Virus record (IMG/VR): IMGVR_UViG_3300045988_181613
Origin: a virus
Reading direction: 5' to 3' (one strand)
Length of the DNA stretch: 64,000 nt
Shown: positions 8,677-17,217 of the stretch, piece by piece
Numbering within the stretch: the stretch's first letter is position 1
How the letters are laid out: every line of letters starts with the position of its first letter
Made by a program: the position numbers and the translations under genes
The notes under the pieces: generated by a model
What the model was told of the DNA's origin: nothing
Databases searched by the model: none
The model's input: only the letters and a program-made list of their open reading frames with translations

Positions 8677-9546
8677 TTATTCTGTTTTTGTACCCAAGAA
8701 AATATTTCCTAAAGACCAGTATTCACTTTTAACAGTGTTATCAATCAAAACATTTCCTCCTGAATTTTGAATACGAGATATGTAATATTCATTAACTCCC
8801 TTTTCCGGTGGAGTTGCAACACTTACTTCAGGTACCAGCGTTATTGTATAATAATCATATGAATATAAACCATTTTTCTGCTCTGCGGAAAATACACCTC
8901 CTAAAGGTAATGTTCCAAGAATAATGGCTCTTAAATTAGATTCTGCGACAAAAGTCGTAGCTGAACTCAACATTAAATTTTGATTATCGATTACATTTAC
9001 AATTTGATAAATACCATTATTTAACGGTATAGATCCGTCTTGCTTCTCGAAGCGAATACATACAGGGGTATTTGTAGACTGACCCCTTGCTTTTCCCCCG
9101 AAATCAGTTGTTCCCGAAACAATACCTTGATTATTGATACTTACATAACCTAATTCATAATTTCTTGTCGTGTAAGCTATTTTTACCCAATAATAAAGAC
9201 TATCATTAGGAACTAAAATATTATCTTCGACGTTAATATTGATAAAATTTCCTTGACTTGTCAAAGCAATACCTGGAAGAACTTTAATACTTCCATTAGT
9301 CGTTCCTTTTTCAACTACAAATGGATCGTTAAATCCTGTTACAGGTTCTGCCGCAGTCCAACCTGTATTAATCTTTGAAGGATTATTTGTAATCATTCCA
9401 AACGAATAACTTGCTTGTAACAGAGCTTTTATTATCATATTACTTGCAAGAAAAGATTGAAAATTCACTAACTCTTCTTTCTCTAAGAAAGTATTTCTAT
9501 TAAAATTTAAAGTACTCATATCTTTTATTTTTATTTTTACGCCCAA
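8677..9546 (-). CDS. hypothetical virion protein (fibre module)
   Basis: 289-aa ORF that overlaps the end of the 1629-aa fibre gene. Assigned by position only. Confidence 0.55.
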   Translation of the reverse strand: MGVKIKIKDMSTLNFNRNTFLEKEELVNFQSFLASNMIIKALLQASYSFGMITNNPSKINTGWTAAEPVTGFNDPFVVEKGTTNGSIKVLPGIALTSQGNFININVEDNILVPNDSLYYWVKIAYTTRNYELGYVSINNQGIVSGTTDFGGKARGQSTNTPVCIRFEKQDGSIPLNNGIYQIVNVIDNQNLMLSSATTFVAESNLRAIILGTLPLGGVFSAEQKNGLYSYDYYTITLVPEVSVATPPEKGVNEYYISRIQNSGGNVLIDNTVKSEYWSLGNIFLGTKTE

Positions 9547-12500
9547 CCTGAAGGAACCTCTGATACAACATTTGTGCCTGTAAATGTTTGACTGTGTGAC
9601 ACTACATTACTATTGACTGAATCTGTGATTCGTGCTGTAGAAACATCTGTCCTATAACAAGGAATTTTATTCAAATTAGAACATCCATAAAACATTCTAT
9701 CAAGTTTTACTTTACCAATTCCCTTACCATTTGCTACCCAAAGAGCAACAAGATACCCACCGATAGAATACGTTCCTGCCTGTAAATTAGAACATCCATA
9801 AAACATTTCAGTACAATCTAAAGTAGGATAATTGACAGAATAAAATGCTGTATCTTCAAACATATAACTTATATGGACTTCAGTAGGTCCAACTCCTGTA
9901 GCAGGACTTAAAGTGTATGTTCCATTATATCCAAAACTCTTTAAATTTGTACAATTTTTAAAAGCCGCTGTTAAATTCGTTAATCTGGTACAGCTTCTGA
10001 ATAATCTATATGCTGTTTTTTCTACTCCTGATCCTTCAAATGCATGAGCTGCAGACTGTAGATTCGTATGATAACTTAAATCGAATTGATCTAAATTAAA
10101 TACTGATTTACAATTATAAAAAATATAATCTATTATTGTCACACTCTGTCCTACTCCAGCATCTGGGTCAGGTAAATAAGTACAATTATAAAAAGTTCCT
10201 TTCATTCTTGTTAAAGAAGTACTCCAAGCAAACATTACCATTGAATATGTACGAAGATTAGTACAACTTTCGAAACAACTCTCAAATGATTGCACTTTTG
10301 TACAATATCTGAACCAAGATATCGATGCTACACGTAAACTCCTACAATTAGCAAAGGTCCATTGCATATATATAGCATTTGTACTTCTTTTGAATGGAGA
10401 GTCTGTCGATTGAAATCCACTTGAATTAGTGTAAGCTGTACAGCCCATAAATACTGCATGAAAATCGTCTGTACCACCCCCTTGTCCAAAAATACTGTCA
10501 CCTATTGTTGTTAGTTTACTACATTCTCTAAACATAGAAGTGTGATAAACTGTTCCGAGAGGGACTAAAGGTCCTGTAGAAGTAGAAGTCAATGAAGTAC
10601 ATCCTCTAAATGCACCTGTTGCAGCATTTCCTGTCATATTCAAAAACAAACCTGAAGGAATGGATTGTAAAGATGTACATCCCATAAACCACTCAATTAC
10701 TCCACCGTATATGTGCGGAGATCCAGATGCAATTGAAGTTAATCCTGTACAATTCTTAAATACTCCGTAATTTCCTGATCCAGGAACTGACCCTGAACTT
10801 CCTGTTATTGAAAAAGAGATCGGCCATTGTTTAATAGAGATAAGTCGTGTCATTCCTGAACAACTTATCGTTAATCTACTTGAAGAAACTGAAGAAGGAT
10901 TATTTTTAGCACCTGGACAACATCTTACATCATTTCCATTTCTATCCCAATCCGAACTACTTAATCCAGAAGGAGTGGAAGTACTGTTATTGAAAGTTAA
11001 AATAAGAGCTTTCCAGAGATATAATGTTCTACTTCCTCCATTAGAAACCGAAATGTCTTCTAATGCAACACATTCTGAATTATTGACAGATACATAAGAA
11101 GTTCCTCCTGAAGGTCCACTAAATGAAACTCGTCCATAATTATTCGTAGGTTGTGATAATGTGTTGTAATAATCTCCATGTCTATCATAGATCTCGATAC
11201 TAACACTCTGATTCGTTAAAACACTATCTTCTTTGTATACAGTTATTGTCCCTGAATCTAATATATATGTCAATGTCACAGTGACATATGCGTTGGAACC
11301 GCTCACCGTAACATTTTCTGTGTGTGTATTGTAACCTGAAGAGTTGACTGATAAACTATACGTTCCATTCTTGAAGTCAGTCAATGTTGCCTGGCCACTG
11401 AAATTTGTGCTTCCAGATTTTCCACTGATAGAAACACTTGCCCCAGAAATATTTCTATTTTTAGGAGACTTTACGGTTACAATTATATTATAAACTTTAT
11501 TTGATAAAACTACATTTACAATCTGATCATTTTCTGTTACTCTTACATTACCTGATTGTTCTTGATAGTCAGGCAACTTAGAAATTGTATAATCGTAAGA
11601 ACCAACAGCAATAGTAAATTCTATTCTACCATTCGCTCCTGTTGATCTTGTTTGTCCAGCAACTACAACTGTTGCTCCTGAAACAGCACTTCCATTATCG
11701 TCTGTTACATAGAAAGTAACTACGCTCGTTTTTCTGACTAAGTTAATCTCTCTTGACACTGGAACCCCTGTCATATCAATAGATCCAGATTGTGTTACAT
11801 AGTCAGTTTTAGATACTGTCCAAGAATAAGGAGTTGTGCTTACTGGTATATAAAATACAGCTTGACCTAAATTATCTGTTGGTAAAGAATTAGATCCTAA
11901 AGTGACGATTGCTCCTACTGAGATTGCCCCTTCTTGTCTTACTGTAAATGTAACAGCATATGTTTTTTGATCAAGATTTACTGTAATAGTTTGATCTGCA
12001 TTATTAACAGCAAAGTCTCCTGTATTTTCGTGATATTCAGTATAATTTATTTTATAGGAGTAATTCCCATTAGGAAGATTGAAGATTGCAGTTCCATCAT
12101 CACCTGTAGTTAATGTTGTATTACCTATCTGTACTGTTGCACCTTTCAATAAACGATTGTTTTCACCAACAACCTTTATTGTTGTCTTATATTGAACCTG
12201 TGCTAAATCAATGACCTTTGTCGAATCTTCCATTGCTAAATATGTTCCATTTTGAGAAACATGGTTAGCATAAGATACTGAATAGCTATATGATCCTCCT
12301 TTAACTATAAATGACGCTGTTCCGTCTTCTGCAGTATTTTTTGTTATACCTGCATAAGATACAGTTGCTCCACTTAACGGAATTTTTTCTCCTGTAAAAG
12401 GATTGTAATCATTTACTAAAAAAGTAATATTATATGTAGGGATAGGGTTTAACTCTATATTTATCGTTTCATCGGCACTTACTGTGATTGCTTTACTTGC

Positions 12501-14426
12501 TGGTAGCCAATCTTTCTTTTCTACTGAATATGTATAATTGCCTCCTAATAAATCTCTGATAATAGCAGTTCCTGTACTGTCAGTTTGAGCTGTTTTACCT
12601 CCAATAGTAACTATTGCATCTGGTACTGGATTATCTCCATGTTTCACAATAAAGATAAGCGTATATATAGGGATTAATTGTAGAGTCACCTCTTCAATCA
12701 TATCATCCTGTACCAAAATACTTTTCTCAACCTTATAGTATTTATCTTTTTCTACAGTATAAGGATATAAATCCGGATAAGCATAAAAGACTGCTGTTCC
12801 GTCGGATCCGGTGGTTGCAAATTTTCCATTAAAAGTTATATTTGCGCCTGCAACAGGTAAATTATTTTCATCTCTTACTGCAAAAGTAATTTTTCTTTCA
12901 TATAATTCTCCTTGTAAAGGAATATAGATAATTTGTTCTTCTTGTTCAAAAACTGATTGAAGCTGATCTACAATAGGAATAAATTTATCTTTATCTACAG
13001 ACATTAAATAATCACCCGGGTAAAGTTGCATAGAAGCTTCCCCGTTAATATCTGTGGTTAACGTTTCATTATTAATAGAAATCGAAGCACCCTGGATATA
13101 AACCCCTCTATCTGAAAATACTTTGAAACGAACTAATACCAATTCGTTTTTAAAAATCTCCGAACCTCCAAAAATATTTTTATAAGAGATTAAATAAGTT
13201 TCTATGAATTGTTTTACTGTGTTATTCGATGATAAAGAATTATTCTTAAAGTAAGATGCGATAATGTTCTTTTCACCAAGATATCCTTGATTAAACGGTA
13301 AATAAATAGGTTTTATCTTTATATCATAAATATAAATACCTGAAATCGCATTTGTTGCAGTTGTTCTATCTTGAGTTAATTCAAGACTTAAATATTTTGC
13401 GCCTGTCTGAAACTTTAATCCCCTTCCATAAGGAAAGTTTAATTTTACCTCTTCGGAGAAACTTCTGTTTACTTTAGAAATAGTTCCAGTACATTGATAA
13501 TATATATTCGGAATAGGAAAGTTTAAATTACCGGTTCCTCCATCAGTATTTTTGACAAAATTATTCGATTCAATAGGAGATTGACCACTTATAGTAAATG
13601 CCTCTACACAAGATATTGGCCTTTGTAATTCATCATATGTTTGTACTCCAAAATGAATCTTCTGATCCGTGGTACTACTTACTTTTATTTTAAATTGAAT
13701 TTGGTAAGCAAGATCTTCACTTATTGTTAAGAGTTTCGATTTATCTTCTGCAGAGCTAATACCTGTTAAAGTATTACCGACAAAAGACATTGCCTTAATA
13801 GGATTTCCATCGTTATCAGTATCATCTACAATAATAATACCTGTAGGATTTATGAGTGGATATTTTGAAAGATCTGTAACAGATTCTGTCATTTCATATC
13901 CTTTTGAAATATTTAAGACGGTATCTGTTCGATTCCAAATTGGAGAACTATATCCTAAAGTCCATCCTGTATCACGAGGCATTAATAAGGCAAAGATAAA
14001 TTCATCCAATTCTCCATATTGAATTAATCTTAAGAGTTCACCAAGAATAACACCTTCTTTAGAAACAATATCCATTCTACCTCTTTTTCGATATTCATTT
14101 ACATAATTATCGAAAAGATACTGCATTTGTTCCAGGGTAGTTATTTCATTCGTAACAAGACCACGATTTTCAATGAATAATTCAAAAAGAATTTTATTCG
14201 TATCTATTTGATTATATTGACGGGAATATATTACAACCAGAGCAAATAAATGGCAAATAGATCCCCAAAAAACTTGGAAGTCTTCACTATCTTTTTTTAT
14301 AAAAGTAGGAAGAATTCCAGTTCCGCTAATTTTTGATAAAACATTATCCGCCCAAGCCAATACTGCTGGATCATTTTTCTCAAAAAATCTTTTAAAAACA
14401 GTCTTGTTATAAATCTCTTCTGCCAT
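9537..14426 (-). CDS. tail fibre protein: N-terminal anchor, about 9 prealbumin-like (CarboxypepD_reg-type) repeats, C-terminal BspA-type leucine-rich repeats
   Basis: 1629 aa. Repeats follow the pattern VTFxVxDxxGxPVxGAxVxxxGxxxTTxxxGxAxFxLxxGxYxYxVxKxGY. The C-terminus has about 12 copies of the F-x-x-C-x-x-L motif (FKNCTGLTSI, FMGCTSLQSIP, FRSCTRLTNL, FYGCSNLNKIP). Confidence 0.8.
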   Translation of the reverse strand: MAEEIYNKTVFKRFFEKNDPAVLAWADNVLSKISGTGILPTFIKKDSEDFQVFWGSICHLFALVVIYSRQYNQIDTNKILFELFIENRGLVTNEITTLEQMQYLFDNYVNEYRKRGRMDIVSKEGVILGELLRLIQYGELDEFIFALLMPRDTGWTLGYSSPIWNRTDTVLNISKGYEMTESVTDLSKYPLINPTGIIIVDDTDNDGNPIKAMSFVGNTLTGISSAEDKSKLLTISEDLAYQIQFKIKVSSTTDQKIHFGVQTYDELQRPISCVEAFTISGQSPIESNNFVKNTDGGTGNLNFPIPNIYYQCTGTISKVNRSFSEEVKLNFPYGRGLKFQTGAKYLSLELTQDRTTATNAISGIYIYDIKIKPIYLPFNQGYLGEKNIIASYFKNNSLSSNNTVKQFIETYLISYKNIFGGSEIFKNELVLVRFKVFSDRGVYIQGASISINNETLTTDINGEASMQLYPGDYLMSVDKDKFIPIVDQLQSVFEQEEQIIYIPLQGELYERKITFAVRDENNLPVAGANITFNGKFATTGSDGTAVFYAYPDLYPYTVEKDKYYKVEKSILVQDDMIEEVTLQLIPIYTLIFIVKHGDNPVPDAIVTIGGKTAQTDSTGTAIIRDLLGGNYTYSVEKKDWLPASKAITVSADETINIELNPIPTYNITFLVNDYNPFTGEKIPLSGATVSYAGITKNTAEDGTASFIVKGGSYSYSVSYANHVSQNGTYLAMEDSTKVIDLAQVQYKTTIKVVGENNRLLKGATVQIGNTTLTTGDDGTAIFNLPNGNYSYKINYTEYHENTGDFAVNNADQTITVNLDQKTYAVTFTVRQEGAISVGAIVTLGSNSLPTDNLGQAVFYIPVSTTPYSWTVSKTDYVTQSGSIDMTGVPVSREINLVRKTSVVTFYVTDDNGSAVSGATVVVAGQTRSTGANGRIEFTIAVGSYDYTISKLPDYQEQSGNVRVTENDQIVNVVLSNKVYNIIVTVKSPKNRNISGASVSISGKSGSTNFSGQATLTDFKNGTYSLSVNSSGYNTHTENVTVSGSNAYVTVTLTYILDSGTITVYKEDSVLTNQSVSIEIYDRHGDYYNTLSQPTNNYGRVSFSGPSGGTSYVSVNNSECVALEDISVSNGGSRTLYLWKALILTFNNSTSTPSGLSSSDWDRNGNDVRCCPGAKNNPSSVSSSRLTISCSGMTRLISIKQWPISFSITGSSGSVPGSGNYGVFKNCTGLTSIASGSPHIYGGVIEWFMGCTSLQSIPSGLFLNMTGNAATGAFRGCTSLTSTSTGPLVPLGTVYHTSMFRECSKLTTIGDSIFGQGGGTDDFHAVFMGCTAYTNSSGFQSTDSPFKRSTNAIYMQWTFANCRSLRVASISWFRYCTKVQSFESCFESCTNLRTYSMVMFAWSTSLTRMKGTFYNCTYLPDPDAGVGQSVTIIDYIFYNCKSVFNLDQFDLSYHTNLQSAAHAFEGSGVEKTAYRLFRSCTRLTNLTAAFKNCTNLKSFGYNGTYTLSPATGVGPTEVHISYMFEDTAFYSVNYPTLDCTEMFYGCSNLQAGTYSIGGYLVALWVANGKGIGKVKLDRMFYGCSNLNKIPCYRTDVSTARITDSVNSNVVSHSQTFTGTNVVSEVPSGWA
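9660..10766 (-). repeat. BspA-type LRR (LRR_5-like) coding repeats
   Basis: The F-x-x-C-(T/S)-x-L-x-x-(I/L) motif recurs about 12 times in the last 450 aa of the fibre. Confidence 0.6.
11100..13139 (-). repeat. array of about 9 diverged ~85-aa prealbumin-like domain repeats (coding)
   Basis: Periodic GA-V-x-x-x-G...T-D/T-x-x-G-x-A...G-x-Y-x-Y motif. Boundaries are approximate. Confidence 0.65.
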
Positions 14427-14433
14427 TATTGCC

Positions 14434-14562
14434 TTAATTATTTTTCTCGGATTTTTCTTCAGGAGAAGTACTTGTTTTCTTAATTTCTTTTTTTAAAGAA
14501 TTACTCTTAGGTTTCTTCTTTCTTAAAAAAGAAATTGCATGTATATTACTAATTATTCCCAT
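14434..14562 (-). CDS. small basic hypothetical protein (42 aa)
   Basis: Below the ORF-track cutoff. It reads MGIISNIHAISFLRKKKPKSNSLKKEIKKTSTSPEEKSEKNN and fills the gap between 14574..14906 and the fibre gene. Confidence 0.3.
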   Translation of the reverse strand: MGIISNIHAISFLRKKKPKSNSLKKEIKKTSTSPEEKSEKNN

Positions 14563-14573
14563 ATTTAATTTTC

Positions 14574-14906
14574 TTAGATACCCACATTAAATTTGGTTAC
14601 TGTAGTTCCCTCTGCATAGATTCTTTCAATCAAATACATCATGGGAGATCCAAGAAATGCTGTAACTTCTGTAGATGAGATTACAAATTTTTCTCCTGGA
14701 TTATCTGCCAAACCAACTGTTATTTCACCTTCAGATAATGGTATGATAACAAAAGGAATTTTAGCCCTACTTTGACTCTCAATAAAAAAATCTTCAGATA
14801 TAGAAGTGAAATTCCAAGCTCTTGTTATAATGGCTGGAACGGGAAAACCCTGAGGACTTGTTATCTGTGCTCTATTTGTATTAACTCGAACGATATTAGC
14901 TTTCAT
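14574..14906 (-). CDS. hypothetical protein
   Basis: 110-aa ORF. It is the first gene after the inverted-repeat segment and has a promoter box 34 nt upstream. Confidence 0.6.
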   Translation of the reverse strand: MKANIVRVNTNRAQITSPQGFPVPAIITRAWNFTSISEDFFIESQSRAKIPFVIIPLSEGEITVGLADNPGEKFVISSTEVTAFLGSPMMYLIERIYAEGTTVTKFNVGI

Positions 14907-14940
14907 ATTACTATATTTTTAAGCGAATTTATTTCAACTG

Positions 14941-14949
14941 TAAATATAC
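14941..14949 (-). promoter_or_regulatory. -7 promoter box variant GTATATTTA
   Basis: 34 nt upstream of the ATG at 14906. It lies just outside the left inverted repeat. Confidence 0.45.
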
Positions 14950-14991
14950 AAATTATTTTAATAAAACTACTCTTGTTGGACTATTTTAAAC

Positions 14992-15038
14992 TATCAACTG
15001 GACACTACATACAAATATGTCTCTATGTTGGTTGTTGG
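14992..15038. repeat. left copy of a perfect 47-bp inverted repeat
   Basis: TATCAACTGGACACTACATACAAATATGTCTCTATGTTGGTTGTTGG. It is the exact reverse complement of 16382..16428. Confidence 0.95.
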
Positions 15039-15681
15039 AAAAGGAGGCGCCACTACTACTTCTTATGGTGGTGGATCTGGAATGGTTGCTTATAAAAAGA
15101 ACATGGAGATTATTCCTGAAACTTTTTCTGCTATTAGCGTAAACTTCACTAATGATACTTTGGTTTGGTTGTTGTCTGAAGTTGGAGCTGTAGCGAGTAA
15201 TTATATTCAGGCAGGAAATGGAAATTTAAGTGATGGTGCTACCGCAGTTCAATATTGGTTAAATGGAGATTCTGCTGTTGATCAGCTTGATGGTTATGGT
15301 TCAAATGGTGGTGGTGGAAAATTCAGTAATAATGTCGTTAAGAATGCAGGTACTGCAGGAGGGGGTTCTGCTGGAGATGGATCTTACTTAGGAACTGCTG
15401 GAAAAGGAGGTGATGGTACTTTTGGTTATCGAGGAGCTGGAGGTGGTACTGGTGTTTCTAAAGGAAATGTTATTCCAGTATATTCTATTTTTCAAGGTTA
15501 TGCAGCAGGTGGAGAAGGACAATATAATGACAACACAAATGCTGGAGGCGCTGGAGGATATGGTAGTGGAAGTAGTTGGAATGCTTCAGGCAAACCTAAT
15601 TATGGTGCTGGTGCAAATGGAGGTAATGGTAATATAAGTGATGGTATTGTCTGCTTATATTACCATAACAATCCACTTTAA
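15025..15681 (+). CDS. glycine-rich fibre-tip paralog, inverted and possibly silent copy (cassette B)
   Basis: 218 aa and the only structural gene on the plus strand. It shares MLVVGKGG...GGGSGMV...CLYYHNNPL with 15721..16467. Its frame is homologous from NYQLDTTYKYVS upstream of the ATG, but is closed by TAA at 14962..14964 with no start codon there. Confidence 0.65.
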   Translation: MLVVGKGGATTTSYGGGSGMVAYKKNMEIIPETFSAISVNFTNDTLVWLLSEVGAVASNYIQAGNGNLSDGATAVQYWLNGDSAVDQLDGYGSNGGGGKFSNNVVKNAGTAGGGSAGDGSYLGTAGKGGDGTFGYRGAGGGTGVSKGNVIPVYSIFQGYAAGGEGQYNDNTNAGGAGGYGSGSSWNASGKPNYGAGANGGNGNISDGIVCLYYHNNPL

Positions 15682-15685
15682 TTTT

Positions 15686-15707
15686 GGGAGAGAAATCAAT
15701 CTCTCCC
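15686..15707. terminator. bidirectional terminator hairpin between the convergent glycine-rich genes
   Basis: GGGAGAGA-AATCAA-TCTCTCCC with T-rich flanks on both strands. It lies near the centre of the repeat-bracketed segment. Confidence 0.6.
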
Positions 15708-15720
15708 TTTAGTATTTCGT

Positions 15721-16467
15721 TTAAATAGGGTCGTTATGATAATAAAGACAAACGAGTCCTGCCGATTGATAATTCCATCGATAGCTGACTCCTTGTCCAT
15801 AACCTCCGGTATCTCCTCCAGAATAACCTCCAGCACTTCCATAATATGATAATGTTCCACTACCGTAACTACCTCCACCTAATCCACTACCTCCAAAAAT
15901 AGAATTCAATGGAATAATGGTTCCTTTTGTCACTGCAGTTCCGCCTGTTCCACCTTGATGTCCAAAAGTACCATCTCCACCAGATCCTCCGTTGCTATTA
16001 TTAGCATTTCCATTAGAACCTCCTCCTCCATAGAGATAACTGTTACTACCTGCATTTGATCCATATCCATCAAGTTGTGAAGTCCAATCTGATTGGGAAG
16101 GTTCCCCTACATTCGCAATCCATGCAACTAAAGCTGCTCCATCACGACTATTAGCGTTTCCTGCTTGAATTTGGTGATAATGATGTTGGATTGATCCATT
16201 TGCATTAATAGCTCTATCTACTTCAAGCAATGTATAAGTATCTCCGAAACTTATTGTATTGATTCTATTATAATATCCAAATGAGCTTTTGGTTTGCCAA
16301 TTTTTAACATATACTACCATTCCACTACCTCCACCAGTACCAGTAGGAGTTGTTGCACTATAAGGTACAACGTAACCTTTCCCAACAACCAACATAGAGA
16401 CATATTTGTATGTAGTGTCCAGTTGATAATTGGATTGATTGGATGTTATCTGCACTAATTTCGGCAT
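15721..16467 (-). CDS. glycine-rich fibre-tip protein, expressed-orientation copy (cassette A)
   Basis: 248 aa with Gly/Ser/Asn-rich runs (GGGGSNGNANNSNGGSGGDGTFGHQGGTGG). Its ATG overlaps the stop of the upstream fibre gene (TAATG). Confidence 0.75.
   Translation of the reverse strand: MPKLVQITSNQSNYQLDTTYKYVSMLVVGKGYVVPYSATTPTGTGGGSGMVVYVKNWQTKSSFGYYNRINTISFGDTYTLLEVDRAINANGSIQHHYHQIQAGNANSRDGAALVAWIANVGEPSQSDWTSQLDGYGSNAGSNSYLYGGGGSNGNANNSNGGSGGDGTFGHQGGTGGTAVTKGTIIPLNSIFGGSGLGGGSYGSGTLSYYGSAGGYSGGDTGGYGQGVSYRWNYQSAGLVCLYYHNDPI
16382..16428. repeat. right copy of the perfect 47-bp inverted repeat
   Basis: Reverse complement of 14992..15038. It encodes residues 14-29 (YQLDTTYKYVSMLVVG) of 15721..16467. 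Confidence 0.95.
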
Positions 16468-16994
16468 TATTGCAGTGTGTAATCGAAGGTAACTGTCTCT
16501 CCTCCTTCTATTACTCCTCCTGTTGAAACAGTCTGATAATTTTCCTTTGAAATTTCTATAGTGTAAACTCCTCCTGGAACTGCTGTAAATATTGCTTGAC
16601 CACTTGTATCTGTATTTTTAGTTTCTTGTATTCCATTAGAGGGGGTCAATTTTACGACTGCTCCTTCAATATTCGCCGCACTACTATTCTTCACTTGAAT
16701 AGTAACACCATAAAGTGGTGTTATATTTATCAGAACATCTTTATTTGAAGTTACAACAAGATTCGTTTGATTGTATACTTCATTGTAATCAGTAGCGAGG
16801 ACTTCTAATGAATATGTTCCATTTTTTACCTCACTGATCACAGCCTTTCCTTGTGCGTTCGTTACCGCTGATTGTAACAGAAAAGTTTCTTCTATGTTAG
16901 ATGGAGAACTAACAGAAGAATCAAACGTTACTATATCCTGACGAATGTCAGAATTAGCTCTTAAAGTTCTTATTTTTTTTTGATTCATTGCCAT
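16467..16994 (-). CDS. fibre protein with two prealbumin-like repeats
   Basis: 175 aa containing two copies of the same repeat type found in the giant fibre proteins (GKAVISEVKNGTYSLEV; GQAIFTAVPGGVYTIEI). Confidence 0.65.
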   Translation of the reverse strand: MAMNQKKIRTLRANSDIRQDIVTFDSSVSSPSNIEETFLLQSAVTNAQGKAVISEVKNGTYSLEVLATDYNEVYNQTNLVVTSNKDVLINITPLYGVTIQVKNSSAANIEGAVVKLTPSNGIQETKNTDTSGQAIFTAVPGGVYTIEISKENYQTVSTGGVIEGGETVTFDYTLQ

Positions 16995-17000
16995 TTATTT

Positions 17001-17150
17001 TTAACTGAATACGTACTTAAATTTTCCGTTACCGAAAGGTTCTCTTTTAATAGTTGTCCTAAACGGTAGTTCTCCTAATGCTCTAATTTGATTTAAAAGA
17101 TCTTTTAATTCGCCCGAATTAGTTATAAATCTCCCTTTCTCACCATTCAT
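17001..17150 (-). CDS. small hypothetical protein (49 aa)
   Basis: Below the ORF-track cutoff. It reads MNGEKGRFITNSGELKDLLNQIRALGELPFRTTIKREPFGNGKFKYVFS and fills the gap between two fibre genes. Confidence 0.35.
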   Translation of the reverse strand: MNGEKGRFITNSGELKDLLNQIRALGELPFRTTIKREPFGNGKFKYVFS

Positions 17151-17182
17151 TTTATATTGTTGTTAATTTAATTTTCTAATAA

Positions 17183-17217
17183 TCTGATTACACAGCAGTA
17201 ATTGCCGCGTAATCAGA
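17183..17217. repeat. hairpin spanning the stop codon of the 1992-aa gene
   Basis: TCTGATTAC (17183..17191) pairs with GTAATCAGA (17209..17217), giving a 17-nt loop. It lies immediately 3' of the A-depleted patch. Confidence 0.5.

Noticed and set aside
14992-15038. Hin/Gin-type crossover site within the 47-bp inverted repeat (the minus copy reads AATTATCAACTGG, similar to a hix half-site TTATCAA)
   Set aside because: Only one half-site-like heptamer is present, with no inverted partner at the expected 12-13 bp spacing. The class of recombinase therefore cannot be inferred.
15410-15878. Alternative-frame ORFs within the glycine-rich genes (15410..15637 on the plus strand, 15696..15878 on the minus strand)
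   Set aside because: These are frame-shifted readings of GGT/GGA-rich repeats, and the second one crosses the terminator hairpin. Neither has independent support.
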